DNA from: Chloroflexota bacterium
Lineage (GTDB): Bacteria; Chloroflexota; Anaerolineae; Aggregatilineales; UBA3940
DNA length: 52,862 nucleotides
Direction of reading: 5' to 3'
NCBI GenBank assembly: GCA_010092775.1
Contig: JAADYZ010000093.1
Span: forward strand, 1 to 52,862
The notes under the pieces are model-generated. The model was given only the letters and a program-made list of their open reading frames with translations. It searched no databases and was not told the origin of the DNA. How positions within the stretch are numbered: position 1 is the stretch's first letter; each line of letters begins with the position of its first letter. Position numbers and translations under genes: made by a program. Below, piece after piece: positions 29,018 to 37,471 of the stretch.

Positions 29018-30142
29018 CTAGTTGAAATGAAAGTGCTGTGTCAGTAAATCGTGGCCGTCCACAGTCACAAGTAGCGTATGCTCCAAGCGTACCCCACCAA
29101 TCTCCTCGAGATAAATGGCTGGCTCCAACGCGATCACCATCCCAGCTTCGAGTTGTGTGCTATTGCCGGGGACAATACGAGGCTCCTCATGGTAAGCTGT
29201 ACCTACGCCGTGCCCGGAGTGGTGTGGATAGGACGGATAGCCAGCCGCGATGATGTAATCGCGCATGAGGTGGTCCAACTCCGCAGCGGGCAGGCCAGGC
29301 TTAATCGCATCAATGCCTCGCTTCAAGGCGTCTAACACGATTTGGTGAATCTGCTTCAGTTGCGTGCTCGGCTCATCAACAAAGACAGTAGCACAGTTAT
29401 CGCCCCAGTAGGCGTTGTGACGTGCCACCAGATCAAAACGCAGGCAATCACCAGACTGAAGCTGATATGTGCTAGGCAAGTCACCCACGTTACCAGCCCG
29501 TGGACCAGCAACAAATTCGGGATAGGCCGGAATGCGCTCACCTGCTTCAATCTCAAGTTGACCTTTTGCACCCGCCCATAGAGCGATTTCGGTCTGCCCG
29601 GCGTGGGCGCGATTGCGAACGTAGGCTTGGGCTACATCACAGAGTGCGCAGGCCGACCGGATGCGCACTATCTCTGATGCTGTTTTGAGCTGTCTCAAAA
29701 TCTTGACGTCATGATCAATTTTGTTAATCGTAGCGTCTGGGCAACTTGATAGCAGCTTCGAATATGGCTCTGCGGCCAGCATGTCGAACTCGACACCGAT
29801 TCGAATCGGGCGGCTGCTGATATGATGCCATAACTCATCAAGGACTGTCATTTGCTTTTCCACTGGATCAAGCGGGTGGTCCAGAGTAAATCCGGGATAG
29901 GTCCTCACCGATGCGCCTTGAGCCAGGAAACCAGCTGCGTCGCCATCTGATGTAATGATCTGCAGTTCGCCCTCCTCCAGCCATCCGAGTCCAGGCCCAG
30001 CGTCAAAGGGATTAGGGCCGCTCTGAATAGCTGGCGCGTAGCCAGTAAGCCAGGCCAAGCTATGCACGTCCGACAGTAGTAAGGCGTCTAGCTTCAGGCT
30101 TCGGGAGAGATCATTGAGGCGATCTAAGGCCGCTAGATTCAT
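29018..30142 (-). CDS. M24 (pita-bread fold) metallohydrolase, Xaa-Pro peptidase/creatinase-like
   Basis: All five canonical metal ligands appear retained: RFDLV, WGDNCAT, SGHGVG, IALEPAIY, VRLEHTLL. ATGA overlap with the upstream dehydratase stop. Confidence 0.8.
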   Translation of the reverse strand: MNLAALDRLNDLSRSLKLDALLLSDVHSLAWLTGYAPAIQSGPNPFDAGPGLGWLEEGELQIITSDGDAAGFLAQGASVRTYPGFTLDHPLDPVEKQMTVLDELWHHISSRPIRIGVEFDMLAAEPYSKLLSSCPDATINKIDHDVKILRQLKTASEIVRIRSACALCDVAQAYVRNRAHAGQTEIALWAGAKGQLEIEAGERIPAYPEFVAGPRAGNVGDLPSTYQLQSGDCLRFDLVARHNAYWGDNCATVFVDEPSTQLKQIHQIVLDALKRGIDAIKPGLPAAELDHLMRDYIIAAGYPSYPHHSGHGVGTAYHEEPRIVPGNSTQLEAGMVIALEPAIYLEEIGGVRLEHTLLVTVDGHDLLTQHFHFN

Positions 30143-31344
30143 GAAGAGAGGTATCCTTGCACTTGACTGATCGAGCTAGTTTGCTGGAACTTTGTCAAGA
30201 TTTCATCCGCCAGTAATACACCCAAGCCAGGTGCATCAGGTAGTTTGATCTTCCCATCGATCAATTCTGGCTCTGGTGATACCAGCTCCTCGCGCAATGT
30301 CGATGGAAAGAAGCCAGGGACAAACATTTCCACTAATGGGACATTGCGGCTCGCAGCCTGTAAATGGGAGGCGGCAGCAAAATTGATGCCTGTCTTCCAG
30401 CAATGTGGAACAACTATCGCGCCATGCTGCTCGGCTAGCTCGGTGATGCGACGCATCTCAGTTAACCCACCTGCACGGGCAACATCCGGTTGTAGACAAT
30501 CAACCTTTCCGACCTCAAGCCAGTTACGGCATTCTTGCAGACTTGCCGCAAACTCGCCGCCACCAACCCGCGTTTCGACACGTTGCGCTAATTTAGCGTG
30601 GCTCGGGTAGTCATCGTGCTGCAAGGTTGCTTCAGCTAACCAGATGTCAGCAGTTTCAAGGCGATTGAGTGTCCAAAGAGCATCTCGCCAATCGGTCCAC
30701 CGATAGCCGAAGTCAATCAATAAGCGCACATCGCTGCCGATTTGAGACCGCACGCTTTTTATAATGTCGACTAAGTGGCGATCACTAGCAAGATCCTCGA
30801 ACAGAGCTTCATACTTGATTGATCGAAAACCATGTGCCAATGCGCGATCAACAAGCTCTGCCATTGCATCAATCATCTGGGTCAAACTGCGGCCATTGAC
30901 AGAGCCACCATATAGCGTTGCATAAGGTTCCACATGGGTACGGCGCGCCCCACCCAGCAGATGAAACGCAGGGCGCTCGAGCTGCTTTCCTGCTAGATCG
31001 TGCAAAGCAATATCAATCGCTGCTAAGGCATGTCGGGCCACTCCGAGGCTGCCGTTATATACCGTACTAGCCGCCAAGAGGTCCCATATGGCGCCGATTT
31101 GTACTGGGTCTTTACCGATGAGGATTTGACGCAGCCCCATACTGAGGCTGTGCGGACCTGCCATCATTATGAGAGCCTGCACTGCAGGCGAAGCCGAGTC
31201 TGTTTCTCCAACACCCACTCGCCCTTCCTCGTCGTGAATGCGAACAATCAGCGTTTCAGCCGCACTATCTAGATCCTCGCCGAGTAGGGCCGTTTTGGCT
31301 TCCAATACGAAGACTTCTACTTCGGTAATGGGACTATAAGTCAC
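30139..31344 (-). CDS. Enolase-superfamily (mandelate racemase subgroup) acid-sugar dehydratase-like protein
   Basis: Metal ligands LLIDFG, WLAEAT and GGGEFA. Asp-His dyad LQPDVARAGG / VVPHCW. GTG start at 31344 preceded by AGAGGAG. Confidence 0.8.
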   Translation of the reverse strand: MTYSPITEVEVFVLEAKTALLGEDLDSAAETLIVRIHDEEGRVGVGETDSASPAVQALIMMAGPHSLSMGLRQILIGKDPVQIGAIWDLLAASTVYNGSLGVARHALAAIDIALHDLAGKQLERPAFHLLGGARRTHVEPYATLYGGSVNGRSLTQMIDAMAELVDRALAHGFRSIKYEALFEDLASDRHLVDIIKSVRSQIGSDVRLLIDFGYRWTDWRDALWTLNRLETADIWLAEATLQHDDYPSHAKLAQRVETRVGGGEFAASLQECRNWLEVGKVDCLQPDVARAGGLTEMRRITELAEQHGAIVVPHCWKTGINFAAASHLQAASRNVPLVEMFVPGFFPSTLREELVSPEPELIDGKIKLPDAPGLGVLLADEILTKFQQTSSISQVQGYLSS

Positions 31345-31549
31345 GACATTAACTCCTCTGTTGGTGTGGCTCCTCCAAATGCGAGAAGCTCTTTAACCAC
31401 AAGAACGTAGATCCCAGCGACCAGACACAACATCACGGACCAGCGCAATAGGGAGGTATGATACTAAGATCAATCGTGAGTCTTTCTGTTTAGTTTGAGG
31501 CGCAACTTGGCAGACTTTGAACCAGGTCCAGTGTGCAGGATCGGGTTGC

Positions 31550-31590
31550 ATTGGTACTACCAATTTAAGGTAAGCTTGCCAACTTGTCAA
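31550..31590 (-). promoter_or_regulatory. Promoter plus operator for the oxidative 8-gene operon
   Basis: The minus strand reads TTGACA (31590-31585), 17 nt spacer, TAAATT (31568-31563), overlapping ATTGGTAGTACCAAT (31564-31550). The 15-mer is identical to the one at 12454-12468. The leader to the start codon is about 210 nt. Confidence 0.55.
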
Positions 31591-31777
31591 GTGCTTTTAG
31601 TCTCAATTGGGATGGATATAGCAAACTAAAAGACCCATTTGCGCCTGCTAGGTGGCGAAGTGGGTCAAGAAGAGTCAAAACAAGGGGGTATTGAGGCTTA
31701 ATTGGCCACTGAAGCACCTTCAGGCTGGGTGCTCAAAGGTGCTACCAATACGCCTCAATGGGTCCAGCCGAAGTGCG

Positions 31778-32857
31778 TTATCTTACAGTTCCTTCGGGAC
31801 TAATCCCTGCTACGCGATCAAGGCCTGTGTAGACTATCGCCTTCATTGTGGCTTGCTTGACCTCATTCCCCTGAAGCATCAGTGCCGTTCCATTCTCAAT
31901 TGCAGTCTCCAAGCCAGCACAAGTTAGGCTCGTAAAAGGTTCTAGCGCAATATTGTAGCAACGTCCGTACCAAGGGTAAGCGCCACCCCCGCGAAAAGAC
32001 TGCCAATACCAAAGATAGGGAAACACATCTTGAGACCAGATCATACCAAAACCTACTTTGCGCTTTGTGTCGGTGAGACCAAACCATGTTGAGGTGAAAT
32101 CGATGAAATACAGCATATCGTCGACCTGAATCGATGGTGGCGGAATCAACCGAACGTCAACCATCTCGTCGTTGACTGATGGATAATACGGATACGCTGT
32201 TTCTTGATCCAATTTCATGCGATATGTTGGGGAGTAGTATTCAGGGTGGCCAATAATCTTCTGAGCACCACAGTCGATGCGGCAATGTTCGTTGAGGAAG
32301 GGTTCTCCAAATGCAATATGGTGGCCCCAAGAAACTGGTATATCCTGATCGCTTTCATTTGTTAGGCGCTCACTAATCTCAAGAATCGGGGATCCACTCG
32401 TGAGGCTGAGAGTTTTCTCCAAGTGTAGAGGAGTGCGCACAGTTCGGACAGTCAGCTTGACCGAGATGCGCTCCGGACGATCTTGAAGGATAGTCGCATC
32501 CCAGGGAAGATTGGCTGTCTCTGCATGCAGACCATACAGAACGTCATTTACGTTGGCAACATCCCCGCCGTTTGGAAGAAGCTCTTGCCATCCGCCGGGA
32601 TAGTAGTCTAGAAATGTCAGTGCCGGATCAGTAGGTACTGCGGCCATCGTTTGAGCATGCCGGATACCCCAAGGTGTGCGCCACATAAAGTCAACGTCGA
32701 GGGGCTTGTATAAGAACTCAACAATATCGGCTCCCTTACTCAGCAGAAGGGTAACTCGGAGGATTTCGTTTTCGAGTACCGCAAGATGATGGCCACGATA
32801 CATGTAATTGAGTGAAACCCGACAGCCATAATTTCGATCAGGAGTGTGATAGACCAT
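31778..32857 (-). CDS. Galactose-mutarotase-like (aldose 1-epimerase / DUF4432-like) protein
   Basis: 359 aa with beta-rich composition. The N-terminus (LENEILRVTLLLSKGADIVEFLYKP...) is typical of mutarotase-fold proteins. Family-level call only. Confidence 0.45.
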   Translation of the reverse strand: MVYHTPDRNYGCRVSLNYMYRGHHLAVLENEILRVTLLLSKGADIVEFLYKPLDVDFMWRTPWGIRHAQTMAAVPTDPALTFLDYYPGGWQELLPNGGDVANVNDVLYGLHAETANLPWDATILQDRPERISVKLTVRTVRTPLHLEKTLSLTSGSPILEISERLTNESDQDIPVSWGHHIAFGEPFLNEHCRIDCGAQKIIGHPEYYSPTYRMKLDQETAYPYYPSVNDEMVDVRLIPPPSIQVDDMLYFIDFTSTWFGLTDTKRKVGFGMIWSQDVFPYLWYWQSFRGGGAYPWYGRCYNIALEPFTSLTCAGLETAIENGTALMLQGNEVKQATMKAIVYTGLDRVAGISPEGTVR

Positions 32858-33045
32858 TGAGCATTCTACCTTTCAGCCAGAATCCGATAACTTCATTCAT
32901 GAATGTGATGCTAGGCGCATTTTAACATCTTGCAGTCTCATGTGTCGCTATCTACGAACTTGGTTCGACAACCCGTAGTCTCAAAAAACCTCATGGGACC
33001 TGTAAAACTAGCCTGACCTAGTCTGATAAAATAGGCGAGGCTCTG

Positions 33046-33604
33046 TTGACTGGGCGAGAGAAAGTCCTAGTCTGGTTTATGCTGATGCAGGTCGTTTCAA
33101 CGCTGATCGAATGGGTGAGGTTGGGACGTCGCTCAGAGAGTGAGAAGGATCTGGAGATCCTGCTGCTAGGTCGGCAGGTGGCGATATATGTAGGCGAACA
33201 GCGACGGGCAGCCCGATGGGCGCGAAGCCAGAAGCTGACGGTGGTGGTTGTGGCCACAAAACTGAAAGCGGCGGCACGACGCACAATCCAAGTGATGGGG
33301 GAGGTGGTCCGAAGTGTGAAACCAGCGACCCTATTCGGCTGGCACCGGCAGCTTGTCAACCTCAAATGATGGAACGCTGGATTCGCTCGGCTCGGGAAGA
33401 ATGCCTCGACAAGCTGCTCAACATCGACTCACCTCATTTGCAACGTGTCATGCACGATTATGCGGCCTTCTTCAATGCCGTACGCCCTCATCAAGGCATC
33501 GAACAGCAAATATCCTTCAAACAGGCCACCATCTTCAAGGACCCCTGCGCTGCCGCAACGTGCTGGGTGGCATCATTCACGACTACTATCGCGGTGCTGC
33601 GTAA
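33046..33604 (+). mobile_element. Decayed IS transposase (rve/integrase-core type) with internal deletion and frameshift
   Basis: An N-terminal piece (...DLEILLLGRQVAIY...VKPATLFGWHRQLV) is joined directly to a C-terminal tail (ERWIRSAREECLDKLLNIDSPHLQRVMHDYAAFFNAVRPHQGIEQQI). The last motif, LGGIIHDYYRGAA, is in another frame. The DDE core is missing. Confidence 0.6.
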
Positions 33605-33731
33605 TCAACAACAGGGTATTTACATGGTTTGTTGAGACGACGGGTACACGACTTCGATGGCGCGACGATCACCTCAACATCTTGGAAGGCCCTGAGAAAC
33701 TGTGTTGGAACTTGTTGGGCCTCAAGTCCCT

Positions 33732-33878
33732 AGCGTTAAAGGCCGGTTGCCCACAGTAGGTTTGGTCCAGTGGGAAGTCGAACGCCACGTCGACATGTTC
33801 CAGCAGTTTGACCACCGACCATCCCGTATCAGGGAAGATCATATCGATCATACCGGCCACAAAGAGTGAACTCTTTTT
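33732..33878 (-). pseudogene. lutA-like gene fragment (N-terminal ~49 codons only)
   Basis: KKSSLFVAGMIDMIFPDTGWSVVKLLEHVDVAFDFPLDQTYCGQPAFNA aligns with intact LutA, KTVSFFVTCMIDTLHPETGMAAVEVLEHLGCKVVFPKGQTCCGQPAFNG. Conserved Cys residues are lost. Homology ends next to the IS remnant. Confidence 0.6.
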
Positions 33879-33979
33879 CCCCTTGGGCGATGGATTCGTT
33901 CCCTGTTCAGAACTGTGCCCCCAACCAGCGGAGAATAGAGAAAGCGAAACGCTTCTGGGTCTTCCCTTGCGGGAAAACA

Positions 33980-36160
33980 CTATCGGAGGAAGGCATCTTT
34001 CTGCCCACCATCCACGCTAAAAATCTGCCCCGTGGTCTTAGCAAACGCACCGCTTGAGAGCAGATATGCCACTTCGGCCTGATCGGCTAACGTGATCGGA
34101 GCCTTGGTTAATGTACGCTGAGCGTAGAATGCCGCCAGCTTACGCCGTAGGTCTTCGGTCGATTCATCCTCACCAAAATCGATGTTGTATTTGGTCAGAG
34201 AGGCGATCACACGCTCTCGCGGGAACATACTGCTCCCCTCTACTACAGTTGCGGGGGCTAGTCCGTTGACACGCACCATCGGGGCAAGGGTGATCGCCAA
34301 CTCGCGCACAAGGTGATTGGCGGCGGCTTTGCTGGTATCATAGGCCAGCGATCCGGCCTTGCTGACCACCCCGTTGACGCTGGTGGTGAGGACCATCGTG
34401 CCCTTCAAACCTTGCGCCTCCCAGATGCGACGGGCCTCATCTGCCACGAGAAAACCACCGATCACGTTGACATCAAAGCTGATACCCCACATATGATCGG
34501 GGATGCGGCCTTCACGGTCGGGTGGCACATAGATCCCGGCGGTGACGATGACGTTATCAATGCCACCGTACGCCCACAGCACCGATTCGAACAGCTTACA
34601 CACGGTCTCGCGGTCAGTGATATCGACTTGCAAACCAATCGCTGGACCGCAAGCAGAGATCCCAGTTCCCGCCACACCGATACCCATCCCGTAGATGTCG
34701 GTCAACTCACGGGCGGTTTCCTCAGCGGCCTCGCCATTGAGGTCAGCACACACCACATGCGCCCCCTCACGAGCCACGCGGTGGGCGGTCTCTTTGCCGA
34801 TGCCACTGCCCGCACCGATGACTACGACCACATTGCGGGAAAATTCCTTTTCCGGCGGACGCCGCTTGAGCTTGGCTTCTTCGAGGGCCCAATACTCGAT
34901 GTCAAAGGCTTCCTGCTGTGGCAAGGAAATATACTCGCTGATGGCCTCGGCACCGCGCATCACGGCGATGGCGTTGTTGTAGAATTCGGCGGTCACGCGT
35001 GATTCGGACTTGTTCTTGCCCCACGCAATCATGCCAATGCCGGGAATGAGAATCACGGTCGGGTTGGGATCACGCATAGCGGGTGAGTCGGGGTGTTTGC
35101 AGGTCTCGTAATAGGTAGCATAGTCCTCGCGATATTGGGCTAAGCCGGAGTCGAGCTTATCTAGCAGGGTGTCGAGGTTCTCGTTTTGCGGGTCCCAGCC
35201 AACATATAGCGGTTTGATCTTTGTGCGCAAGAAGTGATCTGGGCAAGAGGTGCCTAGTCCCGCAAGGCGTGATGCCTCGTGACTGTTGACGAACTCTAAC
35301 ACCGTTTCATCCGACTGCACCGTCCCGATGAACTTCCTATACCGGCTGACCATCCCGCGTAGACGCGGTAGAATCTCCATCAGGGTGGCGTGCCGCTCCT
35401 CATTAGAGAGAGCGGCATACTTCTGCCCACCAAAGGTATCTTCGCCTTTGTCGTGTTCCTCAATGTAGCGAGCGGCCTTTTCGATCAACCCAAGGCTGAG
35501 TTCGTAGCATTCTTTGTCATCATCAGCCCAGTTGATCAAGCCGTGTTGACCCATGATCAGGCCCTTGTAATGCGGATTTTCGCTCGCCTCTTTCTCCATC
35601 ACGAGGCCGAGGGCGAAGCCGGGACGTTGCCATGGCACCCACCCGATTTCATCCCCATAGATGGCCTGGGTCAGTTCTACCTGATCCTTCGACGCCGCCA
35701 CCGCGATCACGGCATTCGGATGCGTGTGATCGACGCAGCGGTAAGGCACAAAGGCATGCAAGGGTGTATCAATTGAACTGGCACGTGGGTTGAGGTTGTA
35801 GACCGTATGCGGATAGAGACTCACCATACGATCCTCTATCTCGGTCTTGACTCCCTTCTCATCGGCTGCATCATAAATACCTTTGAGATGGTGCAATTTT
35901 TCCATGTAGAGCGACGCGAAATTGGGGCGTTTGGCGGTACGGAGATCCCCTCCTGATCCCTTGACAAAAAGTACAGTGATCTCTTCTCCGGTCAACGGGT
36001 CAGTCATCATGATCTTGGAGGAGGTATTCCCGCCCCCTGTATTGGTGATGCGCTGGTCGGTACCGAGCTTGTTGGAACGGTAGACCAGTCGATCTACCTC
36101 ATCAAGCTGATCAGCTTCGGTGTCATCCCAAAGATAGTCAACGTGTTTGAACTCAGTCAT
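33980..36160 (-). CDS. rhaEW: Bifunctional class II aldolase / short-chain dehydrogenase (RhaEW-type rhamnulose-1-P aldolase / L-lactaldehyde dehydrogenase)
   Basis: The N-terminus, KHVDYLWDD...ITNTGGGNTSSK...VDHTHPNAVIA, is typical of this fusion family. The C-terminal SDR has VIGAGSGIG and YDTSK. ATG 36160 has better AAAGGAA spacing than TTG 36169. Confidence 0.85.
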   Translation of the reverse strand: MTEFKHVDYLWDDTEADQLDEVDRLVYRSNKLGTDQRITNTGGGNTSSKIMMTDPLTGEEITVLFVKGSGGDLRTAKRPNFASLYMEKLHHLKGIYDAADEKGVKTEIEDRMVSLYPHTVYNLNPRASSIDTPLHAFVPYRCVDHTHPNAVIAVAASKDQVELTQAIYGDEIGWVPWQRPGFALGLVMEKEASENPHYKGLIMGQHGLINWADDDKECYELSLGLIEKAARYIEEHDKGEDTFGGQKYAALSNEERHATLMEILPRLRGMVSRYRKFIGTVQSDETVLEFVNSHEASRLAGLGTSCPDHFLRTKIKPLYVGWDPQNENLDTLLDKLDSGLAQYREDYATYYETCKHPDSPAMRDPNPTVILIPGIGMIAWGKNKSESRVTAEFYNNAIAVMRGAEAISEYISLPQQEAFDIEYWALEEAKLKRRPPEKEFSRNVVVVIGAGSGIGKETAHRVAREGAHVVCADLNGEAAEETARELTDIYGMGIGVAGTGISACGPAIGLQVDITDRETVCKLFESVLWAYGGIDNVIVTAGIYVPPDREGRIPDHMWGISFDVNVIGGFLVADEARRIWEAQGLKGTMVLTTSVNGVVSKAGSLAYDTSKAAANHLVRELAITLAPMVRVNGLAPATVVEGSSMFPRERVIASLTKYNIDFGEDESTEDLRRKLAAFYAQRTLTKAPITLADQAEVAYLLSSGAFAKTTGQIFSVDGGQKDAFLR

Positions 36161-36184
36161 GTCGTGCAATTCCTTTGCTGCGTG

Positions 36185-37471
36185 CTACTTCAAGCTGAAT
36201 GCAACTTCTAATTGATCAATATCTTGGTCATCTATAGGAACCATCCGCCCTAGGACCTGTGCATCGATCAGAGATCTGGCGCTGTATTCAGCCACTTCAA
36301 GGCGGTCAAAGGCATCCAAAACCGACTTCCCTGCCGTCACAACCGAGTCGTTGGTCAACAGCATGACAGGTGTCTCTAGCGATAAGGTCGCCGCAATCGA
36401 TTCGGGCCTAGTGTATTGGGTGCCATGATCCAGGCGCACGACATCCCGCAGTAAAATGAAGCTTTCGGGAATAGTGCGCGTATCAAAAGAGGTTTTTGTG
36501 ATGGCGTAGGCGGTAGCATGAGGCGGCTGGGCGATCATGATGCTTCTAATCGCAGGGTGATTTTGGTAGATAGCCTGATGCATCTGCACCGAGCGGCTAG
36601 GCCACTTCCCTTTTTCCCGCTGGCCCTCCCGGACCAGCACGATATCCTCAGCATCAACGGTACGCCGATCCTTGCCTGTTGGTGTGATGAGGAAACTGTC
36701 CTCATCCAAGCGGGCTGAGACCACCCCCTCCGTACTAATCATCAGGTAGCGATCACAGGCACGATACACAGCTTCGACAATGACCTGGCGCAGTTCACGT
36801 ACACGACTTGGGTGTGCATCGGGCTGGAATTCAGGCAGATCGTTGTACACCACGTCAAAAGGAGCCAACTGTTCGTCCGTCAGTGTTTGGACAGGCCCCA
36901 ACTTACGGGCGGCGATTAGGATGCGGGCGCAGCAGTCGAGTGTTTCCAAGCGCTGGAAGGCATCCAGCAGGCTATCCCCCCCGGTTGCTATGCCGTGATT
37001 TTCCAAGAGAACCGAATTGTAGCCCTCGGCAAAGGTCGCGGCGATGTTTGCGCCAAGCGTCTCACTTCCCGGTAGAGCATAGGGTGCGTAACCAACTGTG
37101 CCGCACACACGGTTGGCCTGCGGAATAATAGTGGTAGCAGGTACTTCACGCGCAATGCTGAACGACACTAGCGCGGGTGGGTGAGCATGTACCACTGCCT
37201 TGAGATCAGGGCGATGGGCATAGATTGCCCGATGAAACGGAAACTCAGATGAGGGACGGTGTAGACCCTCTACGCTGCCATCTGGCAAGACATGCACCAT
37301 ATCATTGGGGCGCAATCTGCCTTTATCGACACCTGTAGGCGTGATCCAGATCGATCCGTCATCATCCTTGATCGATAGGTTCCCACCAGACAGGGTCGTC
37401 ATCCCGTTGTAATAGATGCGATTCATGATCGCGACCAGTTGATCGCGTGGGTGCAATAGGTGAAAGTTCAC
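36185..37471 (-). CDS. Tandem (duplicated) class II aldolase/adducin-domain protein; the second domain is catalytically degenerate
   Basis: Domain 1 has SGGNLS, PSSEFPFH, VVHAHPP and LLENHG. Domain 2 has PSRSVQMH, IMIAQPP and LLTNDS at the aligned positions. GTGA overlap with the kinase stop. Confidence 0.75.
   Translation of the reverse strand: MNFHLLHPRDQLVAIMNRIYYNGMTTLSGGNLSIKDDDGSIWITPTGVDKGRLRPNDMVHVLPDGSVEGLHRPSSEFPFHRAIYAHRPDLKAVVHAHPPALVSFSIAREVPATTIIPQANRVCGTVGYAPYALPGSETLGANIAATFAEGYNSVLLENHGIATGGDSLLDAFQRLETLDCCARILIAARKLGPVQTLTDEQLAPFDVVYNDLPEFQPDAHPSRVRELRQVIVEAVYRACDRYLMISTEGVVSARLDEDSFLITPTGKDRRTVDAEDIVLVREGQREKGKWPSRSVQMHQAIYQNHPAIRSIMIAQPPHATAYAITKTSFDTRTIPESFILLRDVVRLDHGTQYTRPESIAATLSLETPVMLLTNDSVVTAGKSVLDAFDRLEVAEYSARSLIDAQVLGRMVPIDDQDIDQLEVAFSLK

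Noticed and set aside
31393-31927. Small ORFs 31393-31590 (minus) and 31652-31927 (plus) in the 433-nt gap upstream of the oxidative operon.
   Set aside because: One spans the predicted promoter, operator and leader. The other overlaps the 3' end of the mutarotase-like gene on the opposite strand. Neither has an SD or a recognisable motif. I also looked for a riboswitch-like structure in the ~210-nt leader and could not support one by eye.
33669-33980. 103-aa ORF downstream of rhaEW, considered as a real small gene.
   Set aside because: Only the middle ~49 residues resemble LutA. The conserved Cys residues are mutated, and both flanks are non-homologous junk that ends beside an IS relic. It is treated as a pseudogene fragment.
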